Assembly (NCBI RefSeq): GCF_032444005.1
Contig: NC_091291.1
Span: 25,172,001-25,236,000, forward strand
DNA: 64,000 nucleotides
DNA from: Ranitomeya imitator
Taxonomy: Eukaryota
Direction of reading: 5' to 3'
The stretch's first letter is position 1. Every line of letters begins with the position of its first letter. Positions 11,052 through 23,111 of the stretch are shown piece after piece. The position numbers and the translations under genes were made by a program. The notes below the pieces were generated by a model, which searched no databases, was not told the origin of the DNA, and worked only from the letters and a program-made list of their open reading frames with translations.

Positions 11052-12165
11052 ATGTTAGGGCTAGCGGAACGCACCAAATATAAGACAGATAGTGTATGGT
11101 GCGTTCGCAGCCCGGGGTCCACCGTGCAGAGATGGAACCTGCTGCTAAGTAATGACGGACTATATGGCGGTACTCATAAGTATACACACGTGGGTTAAAC
11201 TTCACCCAGCGTGAAGGAAGCGATCCTGTTGCGTCACAGGATCGCGGTACCGCACATAGAAGGCGAGCAAGTAGTCAGCGAACTCAACCCCAACTAGGAT
11301 TGAAGTCCGATTAGACCCTTGCTGGCACAACACCGTAACTGGGTGTGTAAGGAAGCAGAATAACAATATTAGGGCACAAGAGTGCATGCGGTGCCGCACT
11401 GACGAACGCCACTAACCACCCAGGCTTGGGTAAGGAAAGCACAGAGGAAGTGCACGGCGCCGTACTGGCGGTCACAGCAACTGGACGCTGTAACGTGTGA
11501 TTAGTGCTGTAGGATAAGTCGGGCGCTAGATAGCAACCATACACCTTCCGCGAACAGACATTCAGTAGGGAAGGGGTATCCAAGGACTACTTGCACTCAC
11601 AACAAACACACGTAAGCAAATGTACACTAGCGCATGGCCGTGCGGTCATGCGCAGTTTATATAGTTGCAGCACAGGAAGTGGCCACAGAAACTTTGCCCT
11701 TCCAAGACCTGCCAAGAGGACCAATGGAATGTGCTGCAGAGCCTGAGCACATGACCCTCGATCTCCAACGGGAGATCTTGCCCTGGGCATGCTCAGTGTG
11801 TGCAGACAAGGACTTAGTCCCAGAGAAGTCCGCTCGCTGCTGACCAGCACTGGCTTTAATGGCAGAAGCTGAAGAAGCAACAGTAACTCTCTATACAGAG
11901 TGAGACTGAGCAAGACGCTGGGACCGACGTCCCTGCTGAGCAGACTCCACTGCGGCTGGATAAGAATGGGAGACCGCAGCGGAGATGGCCCGAGATTCCC
12001 CCTGTGCAGAAGCGGGAACTCGAGACCTAACATCTACCTCATTTAACCAACGTTTGCAGCTTGTAATTATCTGGCTAATCTTTGCGCCTTTTAATAATCT
12101 AGTGCGGTTGACTATTCTTATGATATTTAATTATCCCTGCATGCTAGCACCTAATTATTCATCTA

Positions 12166-12934
12166 CAGTGTTGAGCGATACCGTCCGATACTTGAAAGTA
12201 TCGGTATCGGATAGTATCGGCCGATACCCGAAAAGTATCGGATATCGCCGATACCGATATCCGATACCAATACAAGTCAATGGGACACCAAGTATCGGAA
12301 GGTATCCTGATGGTTCCCAGGGTCTGAAGGAGAGGAAACTCTCCTTCAGGCCCTGGGATCCATATTAATGTGTAAAATAAAGAATTAAAATAAAAAATAT
12401 TGATATATTCACCTCTCCGGTGGCCCCTGGACATCACCGCGGGTAACCGGTAGGCTTCTTTGTTTAAAATGAGCGCGTTTAGGACCTGAGGAATGACGTC
12501 GCGGCTTCTGATTGGTCGCGTGCCGCCCATGTGATCGCCACGCGACCAATCAGAAGCCGCGACGTCATTCCTCAGGTCCTAAATTCCTAGAATGAGGAGT
12601 TTAGTGCCCGAGAATGACGTCGCGGCTTCTGATTGGTCGCGTGGCGGTCACATGGGCGGCACGCGACCAATCAGAAGCCGCGACGTCATTCCTCAGGTCC
12701 TAAACGCGCTCATTTTAAACAAAGAAGCCTGCCGGTTACCCGCGGTGATGTCCAGGGGCCGCCGGAGAGGTGAATATATCAATATTTTTTATTTTAATTC
12801 TTTATTTTACACCTCACTATGGATCCGATACCGATACCCGATACCACAAAAGTATCGGACCTCGGTATCGGAATTCCGATACCGCAAGTATCGGCCGATA
12901 CCCGATACTTGCGGTATCGGAATGCTCAACACTA
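12166..12934. mobile_element. Non-autonomous hAT element
   Basis: TIRs (c/t)agtgttgagc...gctcaacacta and 8-bp TSD TTCATCTA. Empty site at 33641-33648. Confidence 0.92.
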
Positions 12935-13023
12935 TTCATCTATTAATTATCTGATATATTAGTGCTGCATTACTAATTCATAGTATTTATTTCAGTATGA
13001 GGAGCAAATGTTATTAGTACTTG

Positions 13024-14980
13024 TGTTAGGCATCGAGTTCCCGCCGGTGCACAGGGGGAATCTCGAGCCATGTCCTCTGCGGTCTCCCATTCATCCCCAG
13101 CTGCAGAGAAGCCTGCTCTGCAGACAGATTGGTCCCAGCGTCTTGCTCAGGCTAATGCTGTGCATTTGGTTGCTGTTGCCTTTCCAGGTTCAGCTAAAGC
13201 AACTGGATCGCCCCCGTAGGGCAGTGGGGTACTCTGTACCGGGTCCTTTGGTTCTCAAGAGGGATGTCACGGTGGCTGACCCGGTCCGTGGCCCTAGGGA
13301 TGTCCGTTATAAATGGGAGAAAGGTCTTTAAAGGGATAATGTTCGTGACGCCACCTGTGGTATTCGGTCAGGGTGACCGACGCTGCTTAGGGGTCCGCTG
13401 GGGTGATGTTATGAAAGCTAGATGGTTTACCTTCCCACAGGCGAAGTATGTCCCCAGGGCTTCCCAGTGTATAGATGGTGGATGGTGTGAAGCGCTGTGA
13501 ATAACGAGGACACAAGGTTGCAGTCTCTTTACCTTTTTACTGAAGGCTTCAGCATCCACAGTCCAGAGCACCAGATCACAGGGTAGGCAGAGTTTGGACG
13601 GTCTGAAGGCAAATCCAGAGTCCCCTTATCCAGGTGGAAATCAGTAGCCTTCCTCTAGTGCCTGGATGTTGTAGTACCTTACTGCTGAGCTTCTCATAAG
13701 GTCCTCACAACTGTGGTAGATGTTCTAGATGTTATGTCTTTCTCTGTGTCCCCCAGATGGATAGGAACAACCCCTTTGACTGATGGCCTGATGCTTTTTA
13801 CAGGAACTCTAGCATGCCCCAGCCCCCACAAGATGCCACCGTGCCTCCTGGGTATAGGTCGGGCAGGTAACGTGGAATTATCTGTCCTGCCAGTCTCTGA
13901 AGCAAGGCTTGGAGACGATTGCTCCCTCGGTATTCTGGCTACCGGATTCTGTGCCTCAGAAGGAAGCAGCCTGCTCCTGGCTGGTCTCCCTCTGATATTC
14001 CTCTCCTGTGCTCTGCTTTCCTGCACACTCTCTGCAATATGTTCTCTTCCCAGGAGCTGTAGCACTACAAGCCACAGAGCTCCTCTTCCTCTGTCTTCCT
14101 GACAGGAACTGAACTCTGAACCCCTTTTCCCTCCAGATCAGGATGTTTTATAGGAGAGTTCACCTAAAACAGGCTTAGAGTTCCCCCTTCTGGTCTGGAG
14201 TGTGAACATGTTGCATGCATATTGTTTACCTGGTAAAGAGATTTCCTTTATTGCCTTCAGATGTAACATCACTCCCCCTGGTGGAAGAATTACATTACTG
14301 CAACGACCAGAACCCTGGGGCGCTGCATTTCAGCATTGGTCTGCGGCGGGCAGATGCTCCTGGGACTAAGTTCTGCTTTTCTCCATCTGAGTATGCCCGT
14401 GAGACAACCGCTCATTGGTGGTTGGAGGTCACATGCTCAGGTCCTCAGATTGGGCCATCAGCAAGGTCCCGGAAGGCTGTGGCTATAAAAGGATTGCATG
14501 CCGTGAGCTAGAATATCCTATATTCGTGGTGTGTGTATGCAAGCGTGTATGTCTCAGGTGAAAGCTCCTAATGACCCCTACCCTCTGGTTGTGTATGTGA
14601 ATTGGGCGATTGGAGTCAGAGACAGCGCCTAGTAGTGGCATTGCCTGTACGCCACTGTGCACTCCGTCTGCACTCCACTGTAGTTAGCGTCAGTTTGGTG
14701 TTCGCCTGTGTGACGCTGTGCACAATCTGTGTGCTAAATCCGCTAGTTAGCGTGAGTTAGTGGCGACCGCATGTGCGCCAAATCTCATAGTTTTCCTTGG
14801 TTAGTGGCGTTCGCCAGTGTTGTGCCGCATGCACTCTGTGCGCTAAATATAATTAGCAGTTCTGTGAAGTAACAGGGCTCGTTACAGCACACACCGGGTG
14901 ACCGTTAACCCTTGTGGGTTTGGTACTGTACCGCCATATAGTTTCCTCCATTACCGAGCAGCAGTTAAGATATCTGCACC
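13024..14980 (+). mobile_element. Truncated solo LTR of the sushi-like family, interrupted by another LTR
   Basis: Starts TGTTAGG...GAGTTCCCGC like the element 1 LTR. The uninterrupted paralogue is at 33730-34582. Confidence 0.8.
13204..14327. mobile_element. Nested solo LTR of a different Gypsy family
   Basis: TGGATCGCCCC...GGGGCGCTGCA imperfect inverted termini. Absent from the paralogue near 33907. TSD not clean. Confidence 0.75.
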
Positions 14981-15045
14981 GATTAATCTTACATATTTTC
15001 ACCTTCTATAAAATGACGGAGAGACAGCACATTGCATAGTGAGCA

Positions 15046-15118
15046 TTTATTGAAGTGTTCAGATAATCACATATTAAAATAAATCTTAAGAACTCATCAG
15101 AACAGTGTTGGTTTTATT
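15046..15118 (-). terminator. Candidate poly(A) signals of gene B (paralogues at 34647-34652 and 34704-34709)
   Basis: AATAAA on the minus strand at 15113-15118 and 15046-15051, downstream of the stop codon and conserved in gene C. Confidence 0.5.
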
Positions 15119-15374
15119 TCAGTATTCTGAGCAGTTTATGGGTTTACAGATTTTAGCTAGACCAATGTTATACAATTTATAGCTCCTGGGATACTACAAC
15201 TACCAGCATAGCAGACATGAAGAATGTTACACCTTCCTAAAAAAATGTTTTGTTTACATCTAAATCTTTAATAAGGTCCCTCAACTCCCATATGCAAAGC
15301 TAAGAAATAATATGGAACATGTTTATACCTTATTTCCTTCTATAATATTTGTGATTCAAAAAATCTGAACAAAA

Positions 15375-15541
15375 TCAATAGATTGAAGGTTTATTCATCA
15401 AGTCACTCAATTTTATGGAAGGAACATTACAGTTCAGGAAAATTCTTTTTTTTTCTGTAAGCGCGATACAGCTGTCAAAGTTTACTTTGCAGACAACGTC
15501 ATTAGCACAACCTTTAGAGGAAAATTTCTTACTTGTGACAC
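15375..15541 (-). CDS. Gene B exon 5 (end of LU domain 2 + C-terminal tail, stop)
   Basis: ctacag|, (G)VTSKKFSSKGCANDVVCKVNFDSCIALTEKKRIFLNCNVPSIKLSDLMNKPSIY*. No GPI or TM tail, so predicted secreted. Confidence 0.93.
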
Positions 15542-15709
15542 CTGTAGGCAGAAAAACAACATAAACCATTAGAAAAAAATGTTGTACTAGCAAAATTCTA
15601 ATTACTTCATGCAGATACATTTCTTTAAAACACTATTACATGCTTTATTTTTATTGTATCTGCATTGGGTAATACAATGTCGTCATCCTTTAAGAAATAT
15701 TTTGCTCAC

Positions 15710-15859
15710 CAAAAACTATTAATTCCGCCCTATACTCAAAACATCTGTCCATGTCTCCAGTGCACTCCACCATGTGGTGACCCTTACATTCTTCCACAGT
15801 GTCCGTACAGTAGGCGGATGGACATAGTTTACCATTTGGTGTGGGATCATCTTTAGGAA
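15710..15859 (-). CDS. Gene B exon 4 (LU domain 2)
   Basis: 150-nt phase 1-1 exon: (L)PKDDPTPNGKLCPSAYCTDTVEECKGHHMVECTGDMDRCFEYRAELIVF. The NGxxCP motif is typical of PLI-gamma/SPF domain 2. Confidence 0.95.
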
Positions 15860-15929
15860 CTGGAGAAATAAATACAATTGTTTACAATAAATATTACATA
15901 GATAACAATCAGGTATAGATTAGTATTTA

Positions 15930-17292
15930 CCATATATAATCGAGTATAAGCCGAGACCCCTAATTTTGCCACAAAAAAACTGGGAAAACATATTGACTCA
16001 AGTATAAGCCTAGGGTGGGAAAGGCAGCAGCTACTGCTAAATGTCAAAAGTAAAAATAGATGCCAATCAAAGTAAAATTAATTGAGACATCAGTAGGTTA
16101 AATGTTTTTGAATATCCATATTGAATCAGGAGCCCCATATAATGCTCCATACAGTTCATGATGGGCCCCATAAGATGCTCCATACAAAATATGCCCCATA
16201 TAATGCTCCATAAAGTTCATGATGGGCCCCATAAGATGCTCTATATAAAAATATACCCCATATAATGCTGCATAAATGTTAATAATGCCTCATAAGATGC
16301 TCCATATTAAAATATGCCCCATATAATGCTGCATAAAAGGTTAATGATGGCCCCATAAGATGCTCCACAGAAAAATATGCCTGATATAATGCTCCATAAA
16401 GGTTAATGATGGCCCCATAAGATGCTCCACAGAAAAATATGCCCCATATAATGCTCCATAAAGGTTGATGGACCCATAAGATGCTCCATGGAATAATATG
16501 CCCCATATAATGCTCCATAAGATGCTCCAAAGAATAGTATGTCCCATATGCTGCTGCTGCGATTAAAAAAAATGACATACTCACCTCTTGTTGCTGGGGG
16601 AGAGATGCCGGTGTCCTGAGTAGGTGGGGACACCGGCATGCTACGGGGGACAGGAGCTGGTGTCGCTGCTGGCTCAAGCCCCCGGCACTTGCGATATTCA
16701 CCTGTCCCTGTTCCACCGCCGCACGCCGCTGTGTCTTCCGTGTCTCTGTAGTGACTGCTCAGGCAGAGGGCACGCACTAAACACGTCATAGTGCCCTCTG
16801 ACCTGAACATCACAGCCAGAGGATGACACAGCCCGGCAGTGGACCGGGTACAGTTGAATATCACATGGCTGACCCTCCCCCATCATACTCACCCCATCCT
16901 GGCGCGGTCGGTCCCTGCTTCTCAGATGGTCTCTGGTGCCGGCAGCTTGTTCCTGTGTTTAGCAGTCACAGGGTACAGCTCATTAAAGGAATGAATATGC
17001 GCTCCACGCCTATGGTTGTGGAGTCGCGTCTGTATTCATTACTTTAATTAGCGGTACCATGTGACCGCTGAACACAGGAACAAGCTGCCGGCACCAGAGA
17101 CCATCTGAGAAGCAGTGACGTGCAGAGACCGCGTCATGAGGGGATGAGTATGATGTGACAGCCGCCACTCCTGCTGCTCCCCTTCCCCCACCGACCCCCT
17201 GGGACAATGACTTGAGTATAAGCCGAGAAGAGAGGCACTTTCAGCCTAAAATAATGGGCTGAAAATCTCGGCTTATACTCGAATATGTACGG
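15930..17292. mobile_element. Tc2/pogo-like non-autonomous DNA element with internal ~30-bp minisatellite (gene B intron 3)
   Basis: TIR of the form ccgtatatactcgagtataagccga, TA flank. Paralogue at 35834-37101. Confidence 0.85.
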
Positions 17293-18252
17293 AAAGTTGT
17301 AAAAAAAACCTTTGGAAATTTGTAAAGAAAAAAATGTCATGTGTGTCACCATTTTTCGAGAACCGTAACATTTGGGGGGCTGTGTGAGAGCTTATTCATT
17401 TTTTTCTGCTAGCGCTGTTTACCAATCCAATTAATTTATTTTATATTTTGATAGATTGGACTTTTCTGAATGCAGTGATACTACACATGTATACTTCTTA
17501 TTTTTTTTAATTGTTCTATTTTTAATGGGGCAAAATAAGAGTGATCATCAACTGACATCTGGTTGTCATGACAACCTATCTGCGCCCCCCCTCCCTGAAA
17601 ATGTCATGGTTGTGCCAATGGGAGCTTGGAATGATGCGCCCCCTGACGGCGTCTGTTAAATACCGTTGTCAGAAAATGACAGCAGGATTTCACAGGATAA
17701 CAGCCACGGCCAGAGCTCTTATCCATCCACGTCTGTTAAAGGCACATCATGGCTGATTAAATCAGCCATCATGTGAGAGGAAAGATACGAGCTCGCCATG
17801 CAAGAGGACATCAAATACAGAGAGTCAGCATATGACATACAAGTAAGTCAAAGAACGTGAAAAGGTTAAACTTGAGAGGTATCACCTACAAGAATAACGA
17901 GGTCTGTACAGCATTTCAATCTCCAAACAAGAATGTTCCCACACCGGATAAATGGAAGAAGACTTGAAACAAAGTTTCTTGGAGGACTGCAAAACTTTTT
18001 AGTTAAAAAGGGTTAGTTCAGAGTTGGGGTGGGCATAATTCTTGTTTTTGTATTAATGCTACGAGTCTCAGCCAGATGACAAATCTCCTGACCCAACCAG
18101 CCTTGTCTCCGTCTAGGAATCTGTTGTTTTGGGTCACAAGACCAGTGTTCAAATAGGTATGGTCTCTATATTGCCCTGTAAATTAGCACATTGACTGGGA
18201 TTTACTCATTAGTCAAATATTACCCTACGATAAGCGACAACTTGACACTTAC

Positions 18253-18399
18253 GATCATATCCATCAGTGTTGCACAAGTTTCCAGTGCAGCATTTCGCAT
18301 AAAATCGAACTATAACACGTTCATGGAATGCTGAACCGCGCAGACCACAAATAGATTCGTTGGCGCAGCCTTTATATATCGACTTAAAATAATGTCCAT
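18253..18399 (-). CDS. Gene B exon 3
   Basis: (D)GHYFKSIYKGCANESICGLRGSAFHERVIVRFYAKCCTGNLCNTDGYD, canonical splice sites. Confidence 0.95.
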
Positions 18400-18483
18400 C
18401 TGTTAGAGAAATAAATAGACATCATGAAACCTGAATTGAGGTGGTGATACGTTTGTTAAAAAGAAGAATTGAGTTTTACTCAC

Positions 18484-18597
18484 CGACGTAAACAAATTGG
18501 CAGACGGTCATACATCCGGCTGCGAGACATTCAATCTCAGACACATTACATGTGGTGGAGTTATAGGACACACCCGACATACATCTATAGGAAAACA
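18484..18597 (-). CDS. Gene B exon 2
   Basis: (V)FSYRCMSGVSYNSTTCNVSEIECLAAGCMTVCQFVYV, canonical splice sites. Confidence 0.95.
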
Positions 18598-18848
18598 CTG
18601 GAAACAAGAAGTTACAATCCAGTAATATTAAATTGAGACAATAAAAAAGGGGAATTCAAGTGAAAAGGGGAATATTTTAGGTGTAATGAGAATCATGGTT
18701 TTCATATTCGTGGCCATCGAAACCCGGACATTTGTCATTGCTAACAATTTGATCCAATAATACCGTAAATTCTTGACTTTTCCATATCAAGAAAATGTGG
18801 ATGTTCTTCAAGTCCCACTTATACTTTATTGGAAATGACCTTTCTTAT

Positions 18849-21800
18849 CCTGGTCCTCCTCACCATATTCCCACAATCATTTCTACCTCCCATCCACGCT
18901 CTATCACAAACTTCCGTAACCTCTCTAACCTTATACCCATTCACCCAGCCCCCGCTTCCCCAGTCCCACTAACAGGAGCTCTGTGGAACGCTCGCTCTGT
19001 CTGCAACAAGCTTTCATACATCCATGATCTTTTTGTTACTACCAAACTTTCTTTCCTCGCTATCACCGAAACCTGGCTCACCCCTTCTGACACAGCCTCC
19101 CCTGCTGCACTCTCTTACGGTGGCTTCCACCTTTCCCACACACCCCGCCCCAGCAGCAAACATGGCGGAGGAGTTGGCTTTCTCCTGTCAGATAACTACT
19201 CCTTCACCCCAATCCCACTGCCACCCTCTGTTACCCTCCCTTCCTTTGAGGTGCACTTTGTGCGCATCTACTCCCCCACCAACCTCCAACTGGCTGTCAT
19301 TTACCGCCCCCCAGGGCCAGCCACCACCTTCTTTGACTACTTCACCACCTGGCTACTTCATTTCCTTTCTGCGGACATCTCCACTATCATCATGGGCGAC
19401 TTCAACAAACCCATTGACACTTCCCTCTCAGCTGACACTAAACTTCTAACTCTCACTTCGTCCTTCGGCCTCAATCAATGGTCTTCTGCAGCCACTCACA
19501 AAGACGGTCACACACTGGACCTCATCTTCACACGCCTTTGCTCTCTATCTAACCTTTCTAACTCACCTCTTCCACTCTCTGACCACAACCTTCTCACATT
19601 CTCATCTCTCTCCACTCCATGTCTACAATCCCCACCCCACAAACTTTCACACCCTCGCAGAAATCTTAAACATCTTGACCTACATTCATTCTCTGAATCC
19701 CTCCTCCCTCTCACAAACATAAGTTCCATACACAATGCGGATGACGCTACCACTCTATATAACACCACAATAGCTGTAGCTTTGGAATCTGCTGCCCCAC
19801 TTACACATACCAAAGCTCGCAAAATCAACAGACAGCCCTGGCACACCAGCCTGACCAAAGAACTGAGGCGAGCTTCCAGGGCTGCTGAGCGCAGATGGAA
19901 AAGATCCCACTCTAACGAGCACTTCATCGCATTCAAACAGTCCCTCACTACTTTCAAGACCACACTCGCCACAGCTAAACAAACCTACTTCTCATCTCTC
20001 ATATCCTCTCTGTCTCACAACCCTAAACAGTTATTCAACACCTTCAATTCTCTCCTCCGTCCCCCAGCACCTCCTCCCTCCCCACTTATCTCCACTGAAG
20101 ACTTTGCCTCATTTTTCAAGCAGAAGATTGATAGCATCAGAGACAGTTTTGGTCAACAACCCCCTGAGCCCTTCCTCCCGATTTCCCAGCCCTCCACCTC
20201 CAAAACCAACTTCTCCACCATTACAGAAGATCAACTCTCCACTCTACTCTCAAGATCGCATCTCACCACCTGTGCACTTGACCCGCTCCCATCCCACCTC
20301 ATCCCAAACCTCACCACAGTCTTCATCCCAACCCTAACCCATCTCTTCAACCTATCACTAACAACTGGTGTTTTCCCCTCAAGCTTTAAACATGCCTCCA
20401 TCACACCTATCCTCAAAAAGCCTTCTCTTGACCCATCCTCTGTATCTAGCTATCGCCCTATATCACTTCTCCCCTATGCCTCCAAACTACTGGAACAACA
20501 CGTTTACCTTGAACTGTCCTCCCATCTCTCTTCTTGCTCCCTCTTTGACCGCCTACAATCTGGCTTCCGGTCACACCATTCCACTGAAACTGCCCTAACT
20601 AAAGTCACCAATGACCTCTTAACCGCCAAGAGCAAGCGACACTACTCTGTCCTCCTCCTCCTCAACCTGTCGGCTGCCTTTGACACAGTGGACCATTTCC
20701 TATTATTACAGACCCTCTCATCCCTTGGCATCACAGACTTGGCCCTATCCTGGATCTCATCATACCTAACAGACCGGACATTCAGCGTCTCCCACTCACA
20801 CACCACCTCCTCACCTCGCCCTCTATCTGTCGGAGTCCCACAAGGTTCAGTCCTCGGGCCCCGGCTCTTCTCCATTTACACCTTTGGCCTGGGACAGCTC
20901 ATAGAATCTCATGGCTTTCAGTATCACCTCTATGCTGTCGACACACAGATCTACATCTCTGGACCAGATATCACCTCCCTTCTAACCAGAATCCCTCAAT
21001 GCCTGTCCACTATTTCATCCTTCTTCTCCGCTAGATTTCTGAAACTTAACATGGACAAAACAGAATTCATCATCTTTCCCCCATCTCACGCAACCCCCCC
21101 AACGAACCTATCCATTACAGTAAATGGCTGCCCACTCTCCCCAGTCCCACCAGCTCGCTGCCTCGGGGTAATCCTTGACGCTGATCTGTCCTTCAAACCA
21201 CATATCCAAGCCCTTTCCACTTCCTGCCGACTTCAACTCAAAAATATTTCACGAATCCGTTCATTCCTCAACCATGAATCTGCAAAAACCCTAGTCCATG
21301 CCCTCATCATCTCTCGCCTTGACTACTGCAACCTCCTGCTCTGTGGCCTCCCCTCTAACACTCTCGCACCCCTCCAATCTATTCTAAACTCTGCTGCCCG
21401 ACTAATCCACCTGTCCCCCCGCTATTCCCCGGCCTCTCCTCTCTGTCAATCCCTTCACTGGCTCCCCATTGCCCAGAGACTCCACTACAAAACCCTAACC
21501 ATGACGTACAAAGCCATCCACAACCTGTCTCCTCCATACATCTGTGACCTCGTATCCCGGTACTTACCTACACGCAACCTGCGATCCTCACCAGATCTCC
21601 ATCTCTACTACCCTCTTATCTCCTCTTCCCACAATCGTATACAAGATTTCTCTCGCGTATCCCCCCTACTCTGGAACCCTCTACCCCAACATATCAGACT
21701 CTCACCTACCATCGAAACCTTCAAAAAGAACCTGAAGACCCACCTCTTCCGACAAGCCTACAACCTGCAGTAACCACCGATCGACCAAACCGCTGCATGA

Positions 21801-21935
21801 CCAGCTCTATCCTCACCTACTGTATCCTCACCCATCCCTTATAGATTGTGAGCCTTCGCGGGCAGGGTCCTCACTCCTCCTGTACCAGTTATGACTTGTA
21901 TTGTTTAAGATTATTGTACTTGTTTTTATTATGTA
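18849..21935 (+). mobile_element. L2-clade LINE (APE endonuclease + RT), 5'-truncated, in gene B intron 1
   Basis: ORF open to 21773 with TETWL, GDFN, SDH, YRPISLL and QGSVLGP motifs. Absent from gene A and gene C intron 1 (empty site near 40158). About 90 bp of host intron is missing at the junction. Confidence 0.96.
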
Positions 21936-22353
21936 AAAAATATGTATAAATATCTTGATGCAAAATTGTAATTGGACTCTAAACTGAGTGAAAAGTTTCA
22001 AGCAGGTCAAGTTAGTTATCATTTTACAATATGGTAGTGCCTGATGTAAGAACCTGCTTCCTCTATAACAACACCATGAAAGATGTGAATCTATATGAAC
22101 ACATCACTAGGAAAAGAAGAAGTGAATCCTGCATTATTTGGGAGCCCATTTATTAACAGTCTAATTTTTGCAACAATTTTTTCCAAATCTGATTATGGCT
22201 TGATGTCACCACATTATCCAGAATGATTCACAATTTGTATTTCACATTAGCAAATACTTGCTGAAAATGAAGGAGAAACAATGCATTAAAGTTGCCGTTC
22301 ACTTCTCGGTGAACTATGTGTATATGCTGTCAACGGACTTTCTCTAGTCTTAC

Positions 22354-22405
22354 CTGAGCCGACAAGAGCAGAGATCACGCAAAGCAAAGCGACCAGGTTC
22401 TTCAT
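22354..22405 (-). CDS. Gene B exon 1, signal peptide
   Basis: ccaccATG, MKNLVALLCVISALVGS|gtaag. Joined exons give 630 nt, 209 aa. Confidence 0.95.
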
Positions 22406-22942
22406 GGTGGATGACTGGTGGCTTCTCGGATTCTCTTCTGCTCGTCCTGTTGACTGTACAAAGGGATCATATAAATACTCTTTGGAAAAGTAAAGAAACT
22501 ACTGTATTATGGGATAGATGGAGTGTATCCTATGGCACCATTGCACGCCATTATTTCCAAATATTCCCTGCAGGAAATTCTTCTCTCAGCAAATATTAAG
22601 TTCTGGCACAAAGCAACAATGACGTGATGGCTGTTACAATGAAGAGTCCAGAATATCTGTCAATTTGATCTCGCCAAAAAGAGAGATTTTGTTTTTGTGC
22701 AACTTTTATTATCTTAAAATATCCCTAGGAAATGTATTTGGGTGGATTTATTTTGTTTGTGTGCACAATCTTCTTATTCTTGACTTGACTTTCAGAAGTA
22801 AATTTCCAATAATGAACAATATATTTCTCTTTTTTATTCAAACAACTCCACAATCCTGTAGAAAACCAAAAAAGGAAAAGAGAGACTAATTATCCAAAAT
22901 AAAACATAACAAACTTTATTAATCACATAATTAAAAGCACCA

Positions 22943-22945
<3 letters not shown>

Positions 22946-22983
<38 letters not shown>
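22946..22983. repeat. (TA)n microsatellite upstream of gene B
   Basis: About 19 TA units. Only about 4 units at the paralogous site near 41735. Confidence 0.95.
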
Positions 22984-22993
<10 letters not shown>

Positions 22994-23111
22994 TGCAATC
23001 AATGACAAAAGCTGAAGAGTGTGGAACATTGGTGAAAGTAGCACCCAAACCCTGACAAAGATGGGGTTTATATATATGGTGGATGGGGGACCCATGAAAA
23101 TAGCAGCGTTA

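Larger units (their letters stand above)
5901..12032 (-). mobile_element. Full-length sushi/Tf1-type chromoviral Ty3/Gypsy LTR retrotransposon (element 1)
   Basis: 980-bp LTRs at 5901-6880 and 11053-12032 (TG...CA, about 11 differences by eye). 5-bp TSD TCTAC at 5896-5900 and 12033-12037. PPT next to 6881. The empty site is seen in the paralogous segment near 33523. Confidence 0.98.

Noticed and set aside
11030-11052. tRNA primer-binding site for element 1
   Set aside because: Lacks the TGG start complementary to tRNA CCA, and is fully explained by pairing with the LTR R start.
15390-15425. Resemblance of PSIKLSDLMNK to sodefrin (SIPSKDALLK)
   Set aside because: Short, low-complexity similarity. 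Sodefrin is a newt-lineage innovation and there is no processing site here.
16279-16864. Repetitive YGA/MEH ORFs (also 36121-36708)
   Set aside because: They derive from the ~30-bp minisatellite within the pogo-like element.
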